Of a stretch of DNA of 64,000 bases, positions 41,704 to 56,149 are shown in pieces. The position numbers were made by a program, and so were the translations under genes. Source of the DNA: Camelus ferus (Eukaryota); NCBI RefSeq assembly GCF_009834535.1, contig NC_045697.1:58778001-58842000 (forward strand), read 5' to 3'. Within the stretch, counting starts at the first letter, position 1. Each line of letters opens with the position of its first letter. The notes beneath the pieces were generated by a model. That model ran no database searches. It saw only the letters and a list, made by a program, of their open reading frames with translations, and was not told the origin of the DNA.

Positions 41704-42579
41704 GCACTGCTAATTATTAGAGAATTACAAATCAAAACCACAATGAGCTATCACCTCACACTTGTCAGAATGGCTATCATCAAAAAGTCTACAAATAATA
41801 AATACCGGAGATGGTATGGAGAAAAAGGAATCCTCATACATTGTAGGTGGCAACGTACATTGGTGCACCTAGTATGGAAGATAATACAGAGGTTCCTTAA
41901 AAACTAAAAATAGAGCTACCATATAATCCAGCAATCCCACTTCTGGGCATATATCTGGAAAAGATGAAAACTCTAATTTGAAAAGATACATGCACTCAAA
42001 TATTCATAGCAGCACCATTTACAATAGCCAAGACATGGAAACAACCCATATGCCCATCAACAGATGATTGGCTTAAGATGTTGGGGGGTGTGTGTTTATA
42101 GGTATATATATATCCACATAAATATATACAATGGAATATTAATCAGCCATAAAAAGAAAGAAATATTTCCATTTGCAGCAACATAAATGGACATAGAGAA
42201 TATCATACTAAGTGAAGTAAGCCAGAGAAAGACAAATATTATATGATACCACTTATATGAAGAATCTCAAAAAATAATACAAATGAATCTACACACAATC
42301 ACAGACACAGAAAACAAATTTATGGTTGCCAAAGGGGAAAGGTTGAGGGGAGGGATAAATTAGGAGTATAGGATTAACAGATACAAACTACTATACATAA
42401 AATAGATAAGCAACAAAGATTTCCTGTATAACACAGGGAACAATATTCAGTATCTTGTAATAATGGAAAATAATCTGAAAAATATATGTATATATAACTG
42501 AATCACTTTTCTGTACACCTGAAACTAACATAATATTGTGAATCAACTATACTTCAACTTTGTAAAAAATGAAAAAAAG
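41704..42579 (+). mobile_element. 5'-truncated L1 (ORF2 end plus complete 3'UTR)
   Basis: ORF track [27 protein letters not shown]. Ends aatcaactatacttcaa plus an A-rich tail. Confidence 0.93.
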
Positions 42580-45409
42580 TTTTTCTAGTGTCTTAGAAGA
42601 AGAAGAAAAAAAAAGGCACAGCAAAAAAACCATGGACTTTGTACCCAAAGAGAGCAGGCATGTTTGTACCATCATATAATAAGTAATAATAAGTAATTTC
42701 AGGTAAATTTCTTACGTCCATGTAACTCAGCCTCATCAATGCAGTCAAAATACTTTGAAAGCCACCCCCTCCCCCAATAGCTTCAACAATCTTTAAAGTC
42801 ATTATGATAGAGAAACTGAGGTTCTTATTCTAAATGTCTGCTAGATATCATCGTAACATATTTTCCTCTAGAGTCCAGTGATATCTAATTAATCAGTGAC
42901 AGAATTTATGCTCATAATCTGCTTAGTTCTTTTCCATTAGGATTTAAGCTATATCCAAGATAACTGCTTCAGCATTTTAATCCTATATCCTCAAATTTTC
43001 AAAAACTTCTTATCTTCTTTCTTTGGTAGTATCTTCTAAATATTTTCCACAAGATGCCAAGTTCTATAGGCTGACTATAGAGTGTAAAATCAACTAAGAA
43101 GCTAGAGGTATGGGAACAACTATGTGATCATTTATTATGAATGAAAAACTGTGATTCTTATGTTTTATAAATTAAATGTGAAACAGGTAAAATTCCAGGT
43201 AAATCTACCATTCTCACTCTACCTCTAATTTAGTTTTTTTCAGGTTTAGTTTGTTTGCCAATGCATTTACTAATGGTTACAGGCATTGGAGTTACCATTA
43301 ACACTGCTAAATTAAAAAGAACTCAGAAAATTTAGAGTGCCAGGAAAGAGCTGCTCAAAACTCTTTAAATTCTGTCTTTACAAGGTTGATTCCTTTTAAA
43401 AAAGAAAACTGACAATGATATGAAAATATATTTTCCAGTATACATACTTATAAATTTAGTTCCTCCAACATATTTGTTTTTAGAATTATGTCATGACAGG
43501 ACTCTCTCTCCCCTCCATAAAAACATACTGTTAATTTGTGCAGTATTTTTATTTTAAAAATTTGCTATTCTAATTTTCCATTGTTTTAATCATTTTACTT
43601 TTAAATTAAACAGGTTTTCACAATTCTAAGAAAGATTTATCACATGAGTTTCTGAACAGAAAATGATGCTAGTAATTTTCAGGCAATGGGTCTAATTCTT
43701 ATTTGGTTCTTTATTAGCAAGGGCTATTGTATGACGTATAGCTATTCTTCCCTTCAAAAATAATTCACTCATAGAAAAAGTCTAAATGACTTTAAAGCAA
43801 ATAGAATGAGTATTATGTGATGTAAAAATAATAAAAAACAAAACATTAATCATTAATTTTCAGCCAGTAAGTAGAAATGAAAAAATAACTGTTTATTAAA
43901 TCATTGATTTTCATAAGGTTTTGTCTCATGATCTCTTTAACTCTTAAAATTATTAAGATTCCCAAAGTCTATCAGTTTATGTGAGTTATATCTTATCAAT
44001 ACTTATCATATTAGAACTAAAATAACTCAAGACTTTTTTTAAAGTACATTGTAGCTACTACCTCGATCCTTGCTAAGATGTGGGCAATTTTGCTACCATT
44101 GCTTTTGCACCATCAGTGTCTATGTCTAAGACAATGAAAATGGAAAATAATATGTTAATATTGTTATGAAAATAGTTCTGGCCATGTGGAATCCCCATAG
44201 AGGACTCAGGGATTCCAAGTTTCCACAAATTGTGCCTAGCACAAAGTGTGAATATTTCTCAAGGTCTATAAGACAACCAACACAACTCCCTTTCACTTTT
44301 ATACTAAGCTTTCAAGAAACATTTCAATCATTAAATTTTTAAATTTTGAACTACATATATTATATATAATTTCATTCAAAATTAAATTAATAGTAAGTTG
44401 TACCAGGAAGCATTTTAGTAGAATATTATCAAATACATATTCTCAGAATTGAAATGCGACAAAACATTAAAAAAGAAGAGATAAATATCTTCCAGACAGA
44501 AACTTTCCAGTGTTTCCATTGTCTCTGCATTTGGGATTTGGGAATAGAAGTTATCTTCCTTCCTTTATTTTCTTCCCTCCTTTTTTTTCTTTCTATTTTC
44601 TTAATAAACTTGCAAACAAACAGTAATACTTAAGGCAATTAGTCATATATTATAGTTCCTATGCCTATCTGTTCTTTTGTTCATTTTACTGTATTCATGG
44701 GAAAGTCCCTGAAATGAAGAATTGTATTTGATCTGTTATTATTCATAAAAGAAATATAAGACATAATGTAATAAATATGTCAAAGGAGCAAAGGAGAATA
44801 CTCAAATTGGAAAAAAAGAAACCCTCATGTCTATACACGGTTATTGCAGAATTATTTACTCAGCTATGTACATACAAAAACTGCCACTGGCATTTCTTCT
44901 TCTACTGCTATTGAAGGGGTTCTTAACTTCACCAGAATTGAATACAACAGAAACCAAGACCTTTTTGTATGCTGTAAAATCCCCTGCAGTGGTACTGATA
45001 TAAACTGAAATACAACTTTTCAAGAAAAGTGAGAAATAATTCTTTCTCCTTTCCTCTCTGCCTCTTTTTGTTTTGCATGTTTCTGATGTGACTCTGACAC
45101 ATGAAAATGTAATATTGCTAAAATGCTGCTAGAAGATTAAAAGTCAAACTTAAATGTCATTTAAATAGGAAAAAAAATACTCCTTTATACATTTAACATC
45201 GCTCCTTGACAGAAAACTCTAGAGCATCTTTTAAATGTCTAGATTCATAATCTTTTGATTCTAGAGAAATCAAAAGGCAGGGAACATATTTATGTCCATG
45301 CCTCCAGAAATAACGGTTAATATATCTTTGGATAACAACCCCACTGAAACATCCACTACTCCTAGCTTGATTTCAAATATTGTTTTAGCTCAAAAAATAA
45401 TGCATTTAG

Positions 45410-45915
45410 GATAGACGAAAATAGACAAATCATCTCATGGGGTGAGGAAGGAGATGGGGATTAACAACAATGGGCATGCAGAATCTTCCTGTAGTGATAT
45501 AAATATTGTAAAACTGATTTATGGTGATGACTGCACCACTTGGTAAATTTACTAAAAAAAAAAAAATCAATGTGCGCTTGAAATGGGTGAATTATATGGT
45601 ACATTAAAATATTTTAATAAAGTTATATTAAAAAATGAATGCATTGAATGAGAAAAGCCAGATACTAAAATGCAAGTACTATATGAAGCCATTTATTTAA
45701 TTCCAAAATGGGCGAAACTAATTTAAGGTGATAGAAGGCTCAATAGCAGCAATTCTTGGTGGGGAGTATGGCTGGTACAGAGCACAAGGCAGGTGTCTGA
45801 GGTGCCCTTAATGTTCTCAGTCTTCACATGTTGGTTAATTGGATGAGCTTGGTTTGTGAAAATTCAGTGAGTTGTAAACTTATGTTTACAACTTATACCT
45901 CAATAAATAAATGTA
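45410..45915 (+). mobile_element. Old L1MB/L1MC 3'-end fragments
   Basis: Contains aaactgatttatggtgatgactgcaccacttggtaaatttactaaaa, cttgaaatgggtgaattatatgg and ttatacctcaataaa. Confidence 0.72.
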
Positions 45916-48900
45916 CGTCATATATACATATATACGCTTATTCAAAATTCCTTTTTAGTTTAAAACATATGGGCAATTCTATGTAAAGTAAGGCTGTTAT
46001 ATCACATATTTAAAATATTTATCATAAAAAGCTGGCATGAGGATGTCATAACATATGATATTCAAACTTCACACATTTAGATGGCATTTATGTCCAATTT
46101 GTAAAAATGGACACCATTAGGAGGTTATTGACAACGGAAGTGTATCCAAACTAATTTACCATAGAATTATCAAGGTTTCATATGAGCATGTGCACTGGAT
46201 CTATAGGGATGGTTGGTGGTGGGGGACTGGTCTCAGGCATGTTTGGAAGAGGGTCTAGAGAGATTAAATGGTGCATGGCAGACACCAATAAGCTTGTAAA
46301 ACCCTGCCAGAAAAGGATGGGTGAAGGGTCACTGAAGGGAAACTGTTTCCTTGTGTTCTTTTTTGGTGTTTGTCCATTTATATATCTAAAGACACTTTGG
46401 TTATTCTGGTTCTACCTATGCCCAATCCTTCAAGGACCAGCCTAACATTTCCTCTTCAGTGAACATTCCATAAAACTATCTAGGTAGAAGAGATTTCCCC
46501 ACTTGTGAACTCTTCAATAAATGTAAATGAGATGAAAGTAAATTACTGAGCTAATGATATAGCTATTTGTTTTTATATCAGCCAAAAAACTACAATTTTG
46601 TGGGCAGGAACCAGGCCTGGCTTATTCATCCACTGAACTCCAGAGTAACTCTCATAATGAACTACAAATCATGGACTTTCAGGTGTTTGTGGAATTAAAA
46701 AATGTAAGTATTTCCATTAATAACTGAAGATAACATGAAACCTCAGCTGCATTCAAAATGCAAAACCTTTTCTGCAGTTATCAGTTGCCAACAGTCATTT
46801 CACATTTAGACTTCCAAAGCTATATGTACTGTTTTTTTAAACTCTGAAGTGTGTAAAGACAAAATAAAAAGAAACAAAAAATTACTCAGATAATAGTGTT
46901 AGGGAAGCTTTCAAACAGCATGACAAAATTGGAGAGCATATTTATTCACTCACTTATGTATCATTACATATCAAAAGTTATTTTTGAGTAAAATCAAAAG
47001 AAGTCTGCCCTCTAGAAGTCTATAATTTACTTAAGATGAGGCAACTGACTGAAGTGTGACAATATAGGATTATTGTTTAGACGAAATAAAGATGGATGTA
47101 GTTGATAGTCAGTGAATGAAATTAGAAGTTCTGAGAAGGATAATAAAAGCATTTCTACATTTTAACAAGCCTTCTAGTAGTATAACGAAAAAGAGGTAAA
47201 GCACAGGGATTGGGGGCAGAACAGCAACAGAACACACTTGGATTTGAGAATACCAGGCTCAATCTGAAAGGCAATGAGGAAACTGGCTTCTCTAGAGCAG
47301 ATGTCAAACTGCATAGTTCTACTGGGGAAAAAAAATGCAGAAATCACATGTCATACCCTTTTTGTTTCAAGTCTTCCTTTTTTCACACCTAGAACTAACA
47401 TTTTAGTATACAGTTTTAATTATGTATTTGTTGAATATGTATTCAAACATTTGTGTGAATAACATTTCATGCCTGTCCTTGCCTGTGACATCTGTCTAAT
47501 TTTTGAGGCTGAAGCAAGTTATGAAGCTTTTTAACAAGGTTATGTAAAGATACATAAATAATTGTTTGTATTTAGTGATAATCCTCCCATGTAGAGACAT
47601 GCTTAGAAATTTTAGACTCTGACATAGTGTCATTCTAGAAGTTTAAAAAATCTAAAATATCTTTTAAAAAACATGTTTTCTATTATGATTTTAATTCAAA
47701 CACATTTAACTATCCATAACATAATTCATATATATGCCCATATCATAATTAGCTATTATTAGCCTTATTTAACATGCTATCATTGGCATGACAGTGAAAG
47801 TTCATTATAAAGCAGCTTAAGTGGACATGATCATCCATCTCTTGGGAGCTTACAAGATGGAAGACGATCTCTTCTCTCCAAGAGCCAAAGCATTTATTTC
47901 AGCCAAGTGTCAATTTAGTACATTTAACAGTTCAAATACAAACAAGGAACTAGCCTCCATGGAGAATTAACCACAGCTATTTCAGCTAACTGACAATTTT
48001 TACTTGAGAACCCCCCAGGAGGGCTTCTACAAATGATTTACTCAGGGTGCCTGAAGCAGTTTTACTCAGCAGATTTGTCACTTCATAGATGCATCCTATA
48101 TAATTCAGTAGCTCCAGAGGATCCATTGTAACTAATTTTTGCAATAATTATAAGATTAAGGACTTATTTTGGGAGCCATTAATAATATCAATGAAAGGAT
48201 TAAGGCAATTTCAATGAAAATCATATAGAGATCAAAGAGCTAGTGATGTTAATGCTTCTGCTACATTCTAAATGAAAACCTAATCACAGGAAAGCTGAAA
48301 ATCCTCCTCAACTCACATCGAGAATGGATTCTAAAAAATCCTATGTTTGATGATCTGACTGATACAAATAAAATGACAATTTAGTCATGGTGTCTATTCT
48401 ATACTACTTATGGAAAAGTACACTCTTGAAAGATGATTACAACACTTACATGTAATGAAATGCTTAGACTTCTTTTAGATATAACATTGGAGAATTTAAC
48501 CATAGTTAGAGATATGTCAAACATATAACAATGAGAGACACACACAAGAAGAGTTGAATGCAACCAAACTTATATCAAATAGAATCCCTAATTTTAAAGG
48601 CTTATTTTCTGTTAAAATTCACCTTAGCATGAGTCAGCATTTTAGAAATAGACAAATAAAAGCCCTCAGATTTCCCCAGAGAGACCACTATCCATCAAGT
48701 ATGCCTCAGAAGCTTTGATCACCAAAATCTTGGCATGATATAATTTCTTTTAATAATTTATACACATAATTTTTTAAAAATATTGACTATCAATGTATTA
48801 ATTACACACAAATATATACATATATATATGTATCTCTCAAAATTTTCAGTATCAAGAAGATTAAAAATAAGGTAGGCTTTCTTAAGCACAAGAAAGATAA

Positions 48901-49868
48901 TTCTTTAAATCTTGTTGCTTTTATACTTCAATTTGTTTATTTTTACATATGCTATGATTTCCTGCATATTTTAAGAAATCCTTAAACAAAAGAAATGCCT
49001 AAATAGAAATTCTAATGAAAAACAAATTCACTAAGTAAATCATTTATTATTTAAGAACTGCTTTGTGAGCAAGTAATCAGAAAGTATGAAGGCTTATAGT
49101 AGGCTTATAGTATACGATTTTGTCACTGATTTCTGAGAAATTGTAGTAATAGTGAACACATATTTGAAATATATTTAATATTTAGCTAATTTATCAAGAA
49201 TTTTTAGTATAAAAATTTTATAATATGGATTCCTATTTACTAGTCTCTTTAGAATTAAAGATCTTCTTTTACTTATCCAGGGACTTTATACAGTACCTTA
49301 ATTTATATTATTTGGTAATATACGGTAATATTTCAGATAGCTTAAACATATTAAATGAATTAATTTACATACTAGTTATCAAAGTAATACTTTCTTTACT
49401 GTTCTCCAAGGTCAAATGGTCATTAATCAATAGTCTTTTACTATATTTTGATTAATAACTATAAATAGATAGTTTTCCTGTCAATTTAAATTTTATTCTC
49501 TTTATCTAAACTGATGGAAAATAACTGCTAGTAGTAAAACAGTTTTTCTGTAATTTATGGAGAAAATTCTAAAATTCTGTTTTTGAAAACTGAAAAACAA
49601 ATTTAGTTTCTCAACTAATGAGCCCAGTTTGAGAGAACAAAGAGTAGACCATGAAAAAATAATCTAATACATTTTAATATTTTCCAAAAAGTACTTGCAA
49701 TTTTAAAAGTAGCATTTCAGTGATATGGGGAATAGTTTAATACTGAAAAAGAAGTTCAGAGAATCCTAAAACACACAAATTTTTTATGTTCTTACCTACA
49801 CTCAATATGTCACAGATGCATTTTGAAAGTTTATATTAAATGCACAAAGAATATTAGAAATATCATAC

Positions 49869-50082
49869 CTTTGAGACATAATCTTATAGGCGTCAGGCAG
49901 ATAGCATCGTATATTCTCCATCTGAGCAGGGTCAGAGTCACAAATTTTGTCATCAGTCCTCCCATAGTTGGCACTTTCGATCATAATGACATCTGTTCCT
50001 GGACAGCGGAGCTCTATGGGGTAGCTCTCACAGGAGAGCTCTCTGCGGACCACAGCCATCGGAATTGGGGCACGGCTGAAAG
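49869..50082 (-). CDS. ADGRL3: Internal coding exon of adhesion GPCR L3 (latrophilin-3): N-terminal part of the SUEL/RBL lectin domain, (A)[70 protein letters not shown](R)
   Basis: Translation matches the latrophilin lectin domain. [21 protein letters not shown] and [24 protein letters not shown] are the ADGRL3 versions rather than ADGRL1/2. Minus-strand acceptor ttctcctccttctggtag|CTTTCAGC at 50082 and donor CAAAG|gtatga at 49869. Length 214 nt (2 + 70 codons + 2), phase 1 in and phase 2 out. Confidence 0.97.
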
Positions 50083-50569
50083 CTACCAGAAGGAGGAGAA
50101 AGAAAAATAAATCATCTTTTTTATCTACAAAGGAAAAGTATGTGTTTAGAATAAGCTAAAACAAGGAATAAAGCAGTTGTGACTCATAATTTTAACTAAA
50201 AATAGATTTCTCACACTTCAGTAATTTCATAGGATTTTTAAAATGCTAACAATAATAATTATTTCTTAAAAACCTTATATGTATATAAAAAATGTAAGTT
50301 ATTTTTTCTTATAAATGGAAAAAAGCACCCTGGATTTTCTAAAATATTGGCTGGAATGTGAGCTAAAGACAATACAGAAATATCATGCAGTTTGTAGAGC
50401 AAACTGTCAGATTAACCTCAAGAATATCGTGTGCATGTTTTGTTTTGTTTTATATGGAAACCATTACAAAAAAATGCACTATTCTTGAGTTTGTACATAC
50501 TGATTTAAATAGTCTATTTCAATTTTTAAATTGTTTTATTGTTTCAGGTATGAGTTAATTATATAAATA

Positions 50570-51500
50570 GTGAATGTTCTTTATTTAAGAAAATAGAAAT
50601 TTGTATGGAGACAAATTAAATTTTCCTTCAGCTCCCTCCCCACATATTTCCTCCAGTATCAAAAGACAACCAGTTAACAATGTGGTAACCTTTGTATTAG
50701 AATTTTCTATAGGAAAAAAAAAAAACATTTTATGTTTCTTCCTACCCCTCTTTTAATCCTACCTAAGTAACTTACTCAGGTAATATAACACTACACATAT
50801 TGAGACCTTGATGTATTTTATTTATTAATTTAACAGTGTATGATGGAAATATTTTCATTTCTATGCCATATCCCTCATTTTAATGGCTGCATTATATATA
50901 CATATAAAACATAATTTAATTGGTCTTATGTTGATGGACATTTAGAAATGTCCCAGTGTTTTTGTGCCATAATATTGCAAAGAAAAATAAACATATCTGT
51001 GTACCTTGGATAATATAGAAAAATACAATTATCCAAATACATTTTATGGTATACTTCTATAAATGAAATTGGTGAAGAGGCATATATATTTGAAGTTTGG
51101 CAAATATGAATAAGATGTCCAAAAACCTTACTACAAATGCACATTTCCACCAGCAGTACTTTCCTCTTCAAAAGTACATATTAACAATTCCTTTATATTT
51201 TGACAATGTGATAGACACAATATCTTTAATTTTCACTATTTTACTTACACAATATACTTTCATATATTTATTGACCCTTCATACTTCTTTTGTGAATTGT
51301 TTGCTCACATTTGCACATAATTTGTTTTTGCAAAAGTTCTTGGCAAAAAAGAAAATTGAAAATTTGTTCTTTATATTCATGGCAAATATGTTTTTCCAGT
51401 TTGTTACTGCTTTCAGATGTTTGCTGAACATACATGTTTCATTTTTATACAGAAAATCGTCTATCTTTTCATGTCGGGTTTAAGAGTTTCACATTCCTAG
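50570..51500 (-). mobile_element. Old L1ME-type fragment
   Basis: Contains ttttaatggctgcattatat...tgttgatggacatttag...atttccaccagcagt...tacttcttttgtgaattg. Confidence 0.68.
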
Positions 51501-52119
51501 ATTATGAACATAATCAGTACATTGTTGGAAGACAGTCAAATGTTTTATTGTAAAAACTCAACAAGTCGTCTTTTAAAAGCACATAGTTGAAATTCTAAAA
51601 TTGTGATTACCAGCCAGCTAATAAGTTGATTTTCACATAAAAGAATTAATCATAGGGATAAATGCATGATAGCTATAAATTTGCATGGATAGTTGATTAA
51701 CTCACTAATGTTCACATACATAAAACATATTTAAATAAATACATTCAACTTTTCTTATGGCTTTTTTTTTTACTAAACATGAAATGTTAAAGGTAAAGTA
51801 GAGAGAAGTGAGAAAATGTTAAAAGAGTGGGAATAAGGAAAGAGAAATTTTTTTACTATAAATATTTTCCCTTGAAACTTACAGAAAATATTGATTTGGT
51901 TGTGGAACCACATGTATTATTTCAAAATTGAGAAAGAGATTAGTTTTTACCTCATTTCTATAATATTTTGGAAAAACTATAAACGTACCAAAGACCCCAG
52001 AATAAGTTCAAAGCAGGTTAAAGTGCTCAAGCTGCACTGCACAGTTAATTCCATTCTGGTCTGGTTATCATTCAACATCTGTTCTGTTTTCTCCCCTATT
52101 CTCTTCAAACACAGGCAGG

Positions 52120-52120
52120 G

Positions 52121-52157
<37 letters not shown>

Positions 52158-52185
52158 CAGACACACACACAGACACACACACACA
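52120..52185. repeat. Compound (GACA)n/(CA)n microsatellite
   Basis: Read directly. Confidence 0.93.
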
Positions 52186-54065
52186 AGACTAGTACATCCA
52201 CACCACTGATCAAAGAAATGTTATGAAGATTAATATAAACAGAAATTGGCTGTAACATTATTTCTGAAGTTTGATGTTGAGTCAGCATTTTGACAGGACA
52301 GTCTCACAATAGACATTGAATTTCTGAAATACGTGTTTCTATTGTTTCTAAAATAAGTATACATGTTTATCTATCATTCTGAAATTAGTTTGCTGTTTAA
52401 ACGTGAAGTCCTTGTTAGTACCAAGATTCTATCTTAATGGAAAAAGATATTTTGATTAGTATATACAGTATTTTAAATAATAAAATCATTGAACAATAAA
52501 AATGTTCCAATTTGGGAATCCAGTTTCATGATTTTAATCAGTTTAAATAGAACCTAGATGTTTTGTGTTTGCTTTTTTATAAAAGGTTCTTGAAATCAGA
52601 ATTTGTCAGAATGTTTTACAGTAAACTTTAGAGCATATGCTAAGAGACAATTTGTTTCTTAACTTTGGTATAGCCATTTTAAAGAAAATTACATTGAACT
52701 TGCTTCCAAACATTGAGATAATCTTGCTATATTTTGTTAACCTAACCAATTAAGTTAATTGTTTAAAACAAGTTAGGTTTAACAAAAAAACAAATAAGCA
52801 AATCATACAGTCAAAGCATTTGTTTGACTAAGTGGACAATTTGGTTGATTAAACTCATCAGTCAATTTTGTCAAAACGTGTACACAGACTTAGCTTTAAT
52901 CTGGGTCTTAACTGCCAAAAATATGATTTAGAACCAGATCCCAGACAATTGCAAGGTCAACTAAAATATGGAGTCCCAAATTTCTCACATATCTCTTCAA
53001 CCCCTTAAGAATTATTCAAAAGTTATAGATACGGAAATTTTTACAGAATACCAGAGTTGATTTGTGATGCTCTCTTCCATTTAATATATAATTGCATTTG
53101 TAACAGTAACTCAGTGATAAATTGCATTCCTAAATGATAGATGCTTTCTTTTAAAGGAATGTGTTACTGGAAATTACTGTATAACATTATCTAATTAGCT
53201 ACTTAAACTACTTTTAATTATATTGCAAAATGCTTTAATCAACAACCAACATTCAATGAAAAAATATGCTTAAGGTAAATGGTCTTTGTTTTGTTTACTA
53301 TTCAGTTATCATGCTAACAATGGAGAGACTTTGGTTACTAGAGAAAAAGATTAAGATATGGAAAATGTCAACAATTCAAATTCAGGTTAGTCAATGAAGA
53401 AGTCTGTTGTATTCTGTAGCAGGGTAATATTGCACAGGGCACTGTGAAGTGACTATGGAAAAATAATATGGGACTTGAGCTCCTTCCCACTTTTATCCCA
53501 TGAGTTATTAATCTTCTGTAACAAGGAACAGAATGTCACCTATTGGGTGTCTGATATACATTGGCTGAATAAATTGGAAAAGCTTTAGATGTGGAATCTG
53601 GTAGACTTCTGGTAAGATGTTGTACTTTGGAACTACCCATTGACCATGGGACTATGGAGACACAAATGAAATTGAGCTTCTCTGCTAAAGGTGGCCAGAA
53701 ACTCAGGATGTGTCCAAGTTCCATGTCAAACATATGCCTAACTAAAGCGCTCCTGACCCAGGATTAAATAACAAGAGAAATAGCTCCCTGTTCATGATTA
53801 GCTGTTTCAGTATAAATCACTCCGATTCATTTTTCCTTTTCTGAGACATCAGCCATTATATTGCTGAAACCTCTTGTTTTTTTAAGTCTTTCCTCGGGCT
53901 TTTCTACTGTAATCCTGCTTGGTGACAACGGACTCAAAATGCTATAAATTCTTGGTGAATTGTGAGTTATGCTAACTAAAGAGACTAATCTAAAGATGGA
54001 GGGGGGAGGATGGAGACAGGAGGCTAAAAGCTAGAGACCAAACAGGAAAATGATTACTCCTGCAG

Positions 54066-55739
54066 GATAAAGTTGCAGGATACAAAATTAATATACAGAA
54101 AAATCTATCACATTTCTGTACACTAACAGTGAGGTATCAGAAAAAGAAACTAAGGAAACAATCTCTTTTACCATCATATCAAAAAGAATAAAATACCTAA
54201 ACAGGCAAAATACCTATACTCCAAAAACTGTAAGACACTGATGAAAGAAACTGAAGACCACACAAACAGATAGAAAGATATAATGTGTTCTTAGACTGGA
54301 AGAATCAGTATTGTTAAAATGACCATACTACTGAAGGCAATCTACAGATTCAAAGAAATCCATACCAAAATATCAATGGCATTTTTCACAGAACTAGAAC
54401 AAATAATTTTAAAATTTGTATAGAAACACAAAATACCCCAAATGGTCTCTGGAAACAAGAACAGAGCTGGAAGAATCACTCTCCCTGACTTCAGACTATA
54501 TGAAAAGCTACAGTAATAAAAAAGGTATGGCAATGGCACAAAAACAGACATAGAGGTCAATGGAACAGGATAGAGAGGCCAGAAATAAACCCATGCCCTT
54601 TGGCCAACTAATCTATGACAAATGAGGCAAGAATATACAATAGAAAAATACAGTCTTTTCAATAAGTGATGCCGGGAAACCTGTACAGCTACAGGCAAAG
54701 AATGAAATTAGAACATTCTCTAACTCTGTGTACAAAAATAAACTCAAAATGGATTAAAGATCTAAATGTAAGACTGGATACTCTAAAACTCCTAGAGGGA
54801 AAAAATAGGCAGAACACTCATCGACAAAAATAGCAGCAATATCTTTTTGGATCCATCTCCTAAGTGAAATAAAAAAAAAGGGCAGAACTGAATAGACTTT
54901 TTTTCTAAAAAGGAAATGAAGATGGCCAACAGGCACATAGAAAGATGCTCAACATTGCTAATCATCAGGGAAATGCAAATAAAAACTCCAGTGAGGTATC
55001 ATTCCACACCTGTCAGAATGGCTATCATCAAAATAACAAACGTTGGCGAGGATGTGAAGAAAAGGGAATCTTCCTACACTTGGTGGAAATGTAAATTGGT
55101 ACAGCTGCTGTGGAAAACATTATGGAGGTTTCTCAGAAAACTAAAAATAGAACTACCATGTAACAAAGCAATTTCACTCCTGGATATATATCCAAAAAAC
55201 TCCAAAGCACTAAATTTGAAAAAATACATGCACCCCAATGTTCATAGCAGCATTATGTACATTTGCCAAGATATGGAAGCAACCTAAGTGCCTGTCAACA
55301 GATAAAGGGATAAAGAAGATGTGATATATATAATGGAATATTTCTCAGTCATAAAAAAGAACAAATGTTGCCATTTGCAGCAACATGGATGGGTCTGAAG
55401 AGCATTATGCTAAGTGAAATAAGTCACACAGAGAAAGACAAACACTGCATGATATCACAAATATGCAAAATCTAAAAAATACAAGAAATGATTGAAACAA
55501 AAAAAATCAGACTCACAGATAACAGATAACAAATTAGTGGTTACCAGTGAGGCAGAGAAGGGGCAATACAGTGTGGGGGAGTGGGAGGTACAAACTACTG
55601 CATGTAAGATAGGCTTCCTAGGCTTCAAGGATGTATTGTACAACATGGGAAATATAGTCAATATTTTGTAATAACCATAAACAGAGTGTAACCTTTAAAA
55701 TTATATTAAAAAAATTTAAATGTAAGGCAAAAAAAAAAA
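54066..55739 (+). mobile_element. 5'-truncated L1 (~1.7 kb; ORF2 3' half plus 3'UTR and poly-A) with an internal deletion
   Basis: Starts taaagttgcaggatacaaaattaatatacagaaa. ORF track [27 protein letters not shown]. Ends in an A-run at about 55729-55739. Confidence 0.93.
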
Positions 55740-56149
55740 TTCCTCCTGGATTCCAAGGAACAGAGGTCAGAGACTTGCTAGGATAACCCTAGGACATTAG
55801 AAGGGAGTATGCAAAAAGGAAGTGCTATCTGAGACATAGGATTCTAGGATAAAGTATATAAATAAATATAAGTGAAAGATTCAACACTGATTAGGAGGCA
55901 AGCAGCCAGCTAGTTGGTTGACGGAATTAACCCAGTGTAATTAAGTTTTTAAACACGTTGAATTTAAGGTGTCAGGATAATACTCAGAAATGTTCAGTCC
56001 TCATTTGCATTCATGAGTCTAGAACTCAGGCTAAAACCATGGTAATAAACATGAAGTAGCTCAAGGAGTGCCTACAGAGTGGAAGAGAATGAATGCAGAA
56101 GTTGGAATATCAGCGGGCACTGAAGAAATGAAGAGCATATTACTTAATC

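Larger units (their letters stand above)
1..49868 (-). other. ADGRL3: ADGRL3 intron downstream of the lectin exon (continues beyond the window start)
   Basis: Starts at the GT donor at 49868. The expected next exon ([35 protein letters not shown]) was not found in 1-49868. ADGRL3 is known for very large introns. Confidence 0.8.

Noticed and set aside
49802..50059. 85-aa ORF as a standalone gene
   Set aside because: It is the ADGRL3 exon read from an internal Met and run on into the intron; the splice sites define 49869-50082.
49823..50110. 95-aa + strand ORF overlapping the exon
   Set aside because: Antisense shadow of a coding exon, with no independent support.
51985..52105. Candidate extra minus-strand exon (acceptor after the (TGTC)n tract, donor TTG|GTACGT)
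   Set aside because: It has stop codons in the frame needed to join the phase-1 lectin exon, the AAG acceptor is weak, and there is no recognisable ADGRL3 peptide.
53540..53564. Possible 25-nt micro-exon (ttattcag|CCAATG...AATAG|gtgaca)
   Set aside because: Not frame-preserving, weak donor, and no other support.
54342..55661. ORFs of 60-123 aa
   Set aside because: Broken L1 ORF2 and its antisense frames; not an intact retrotransposon or host gene.
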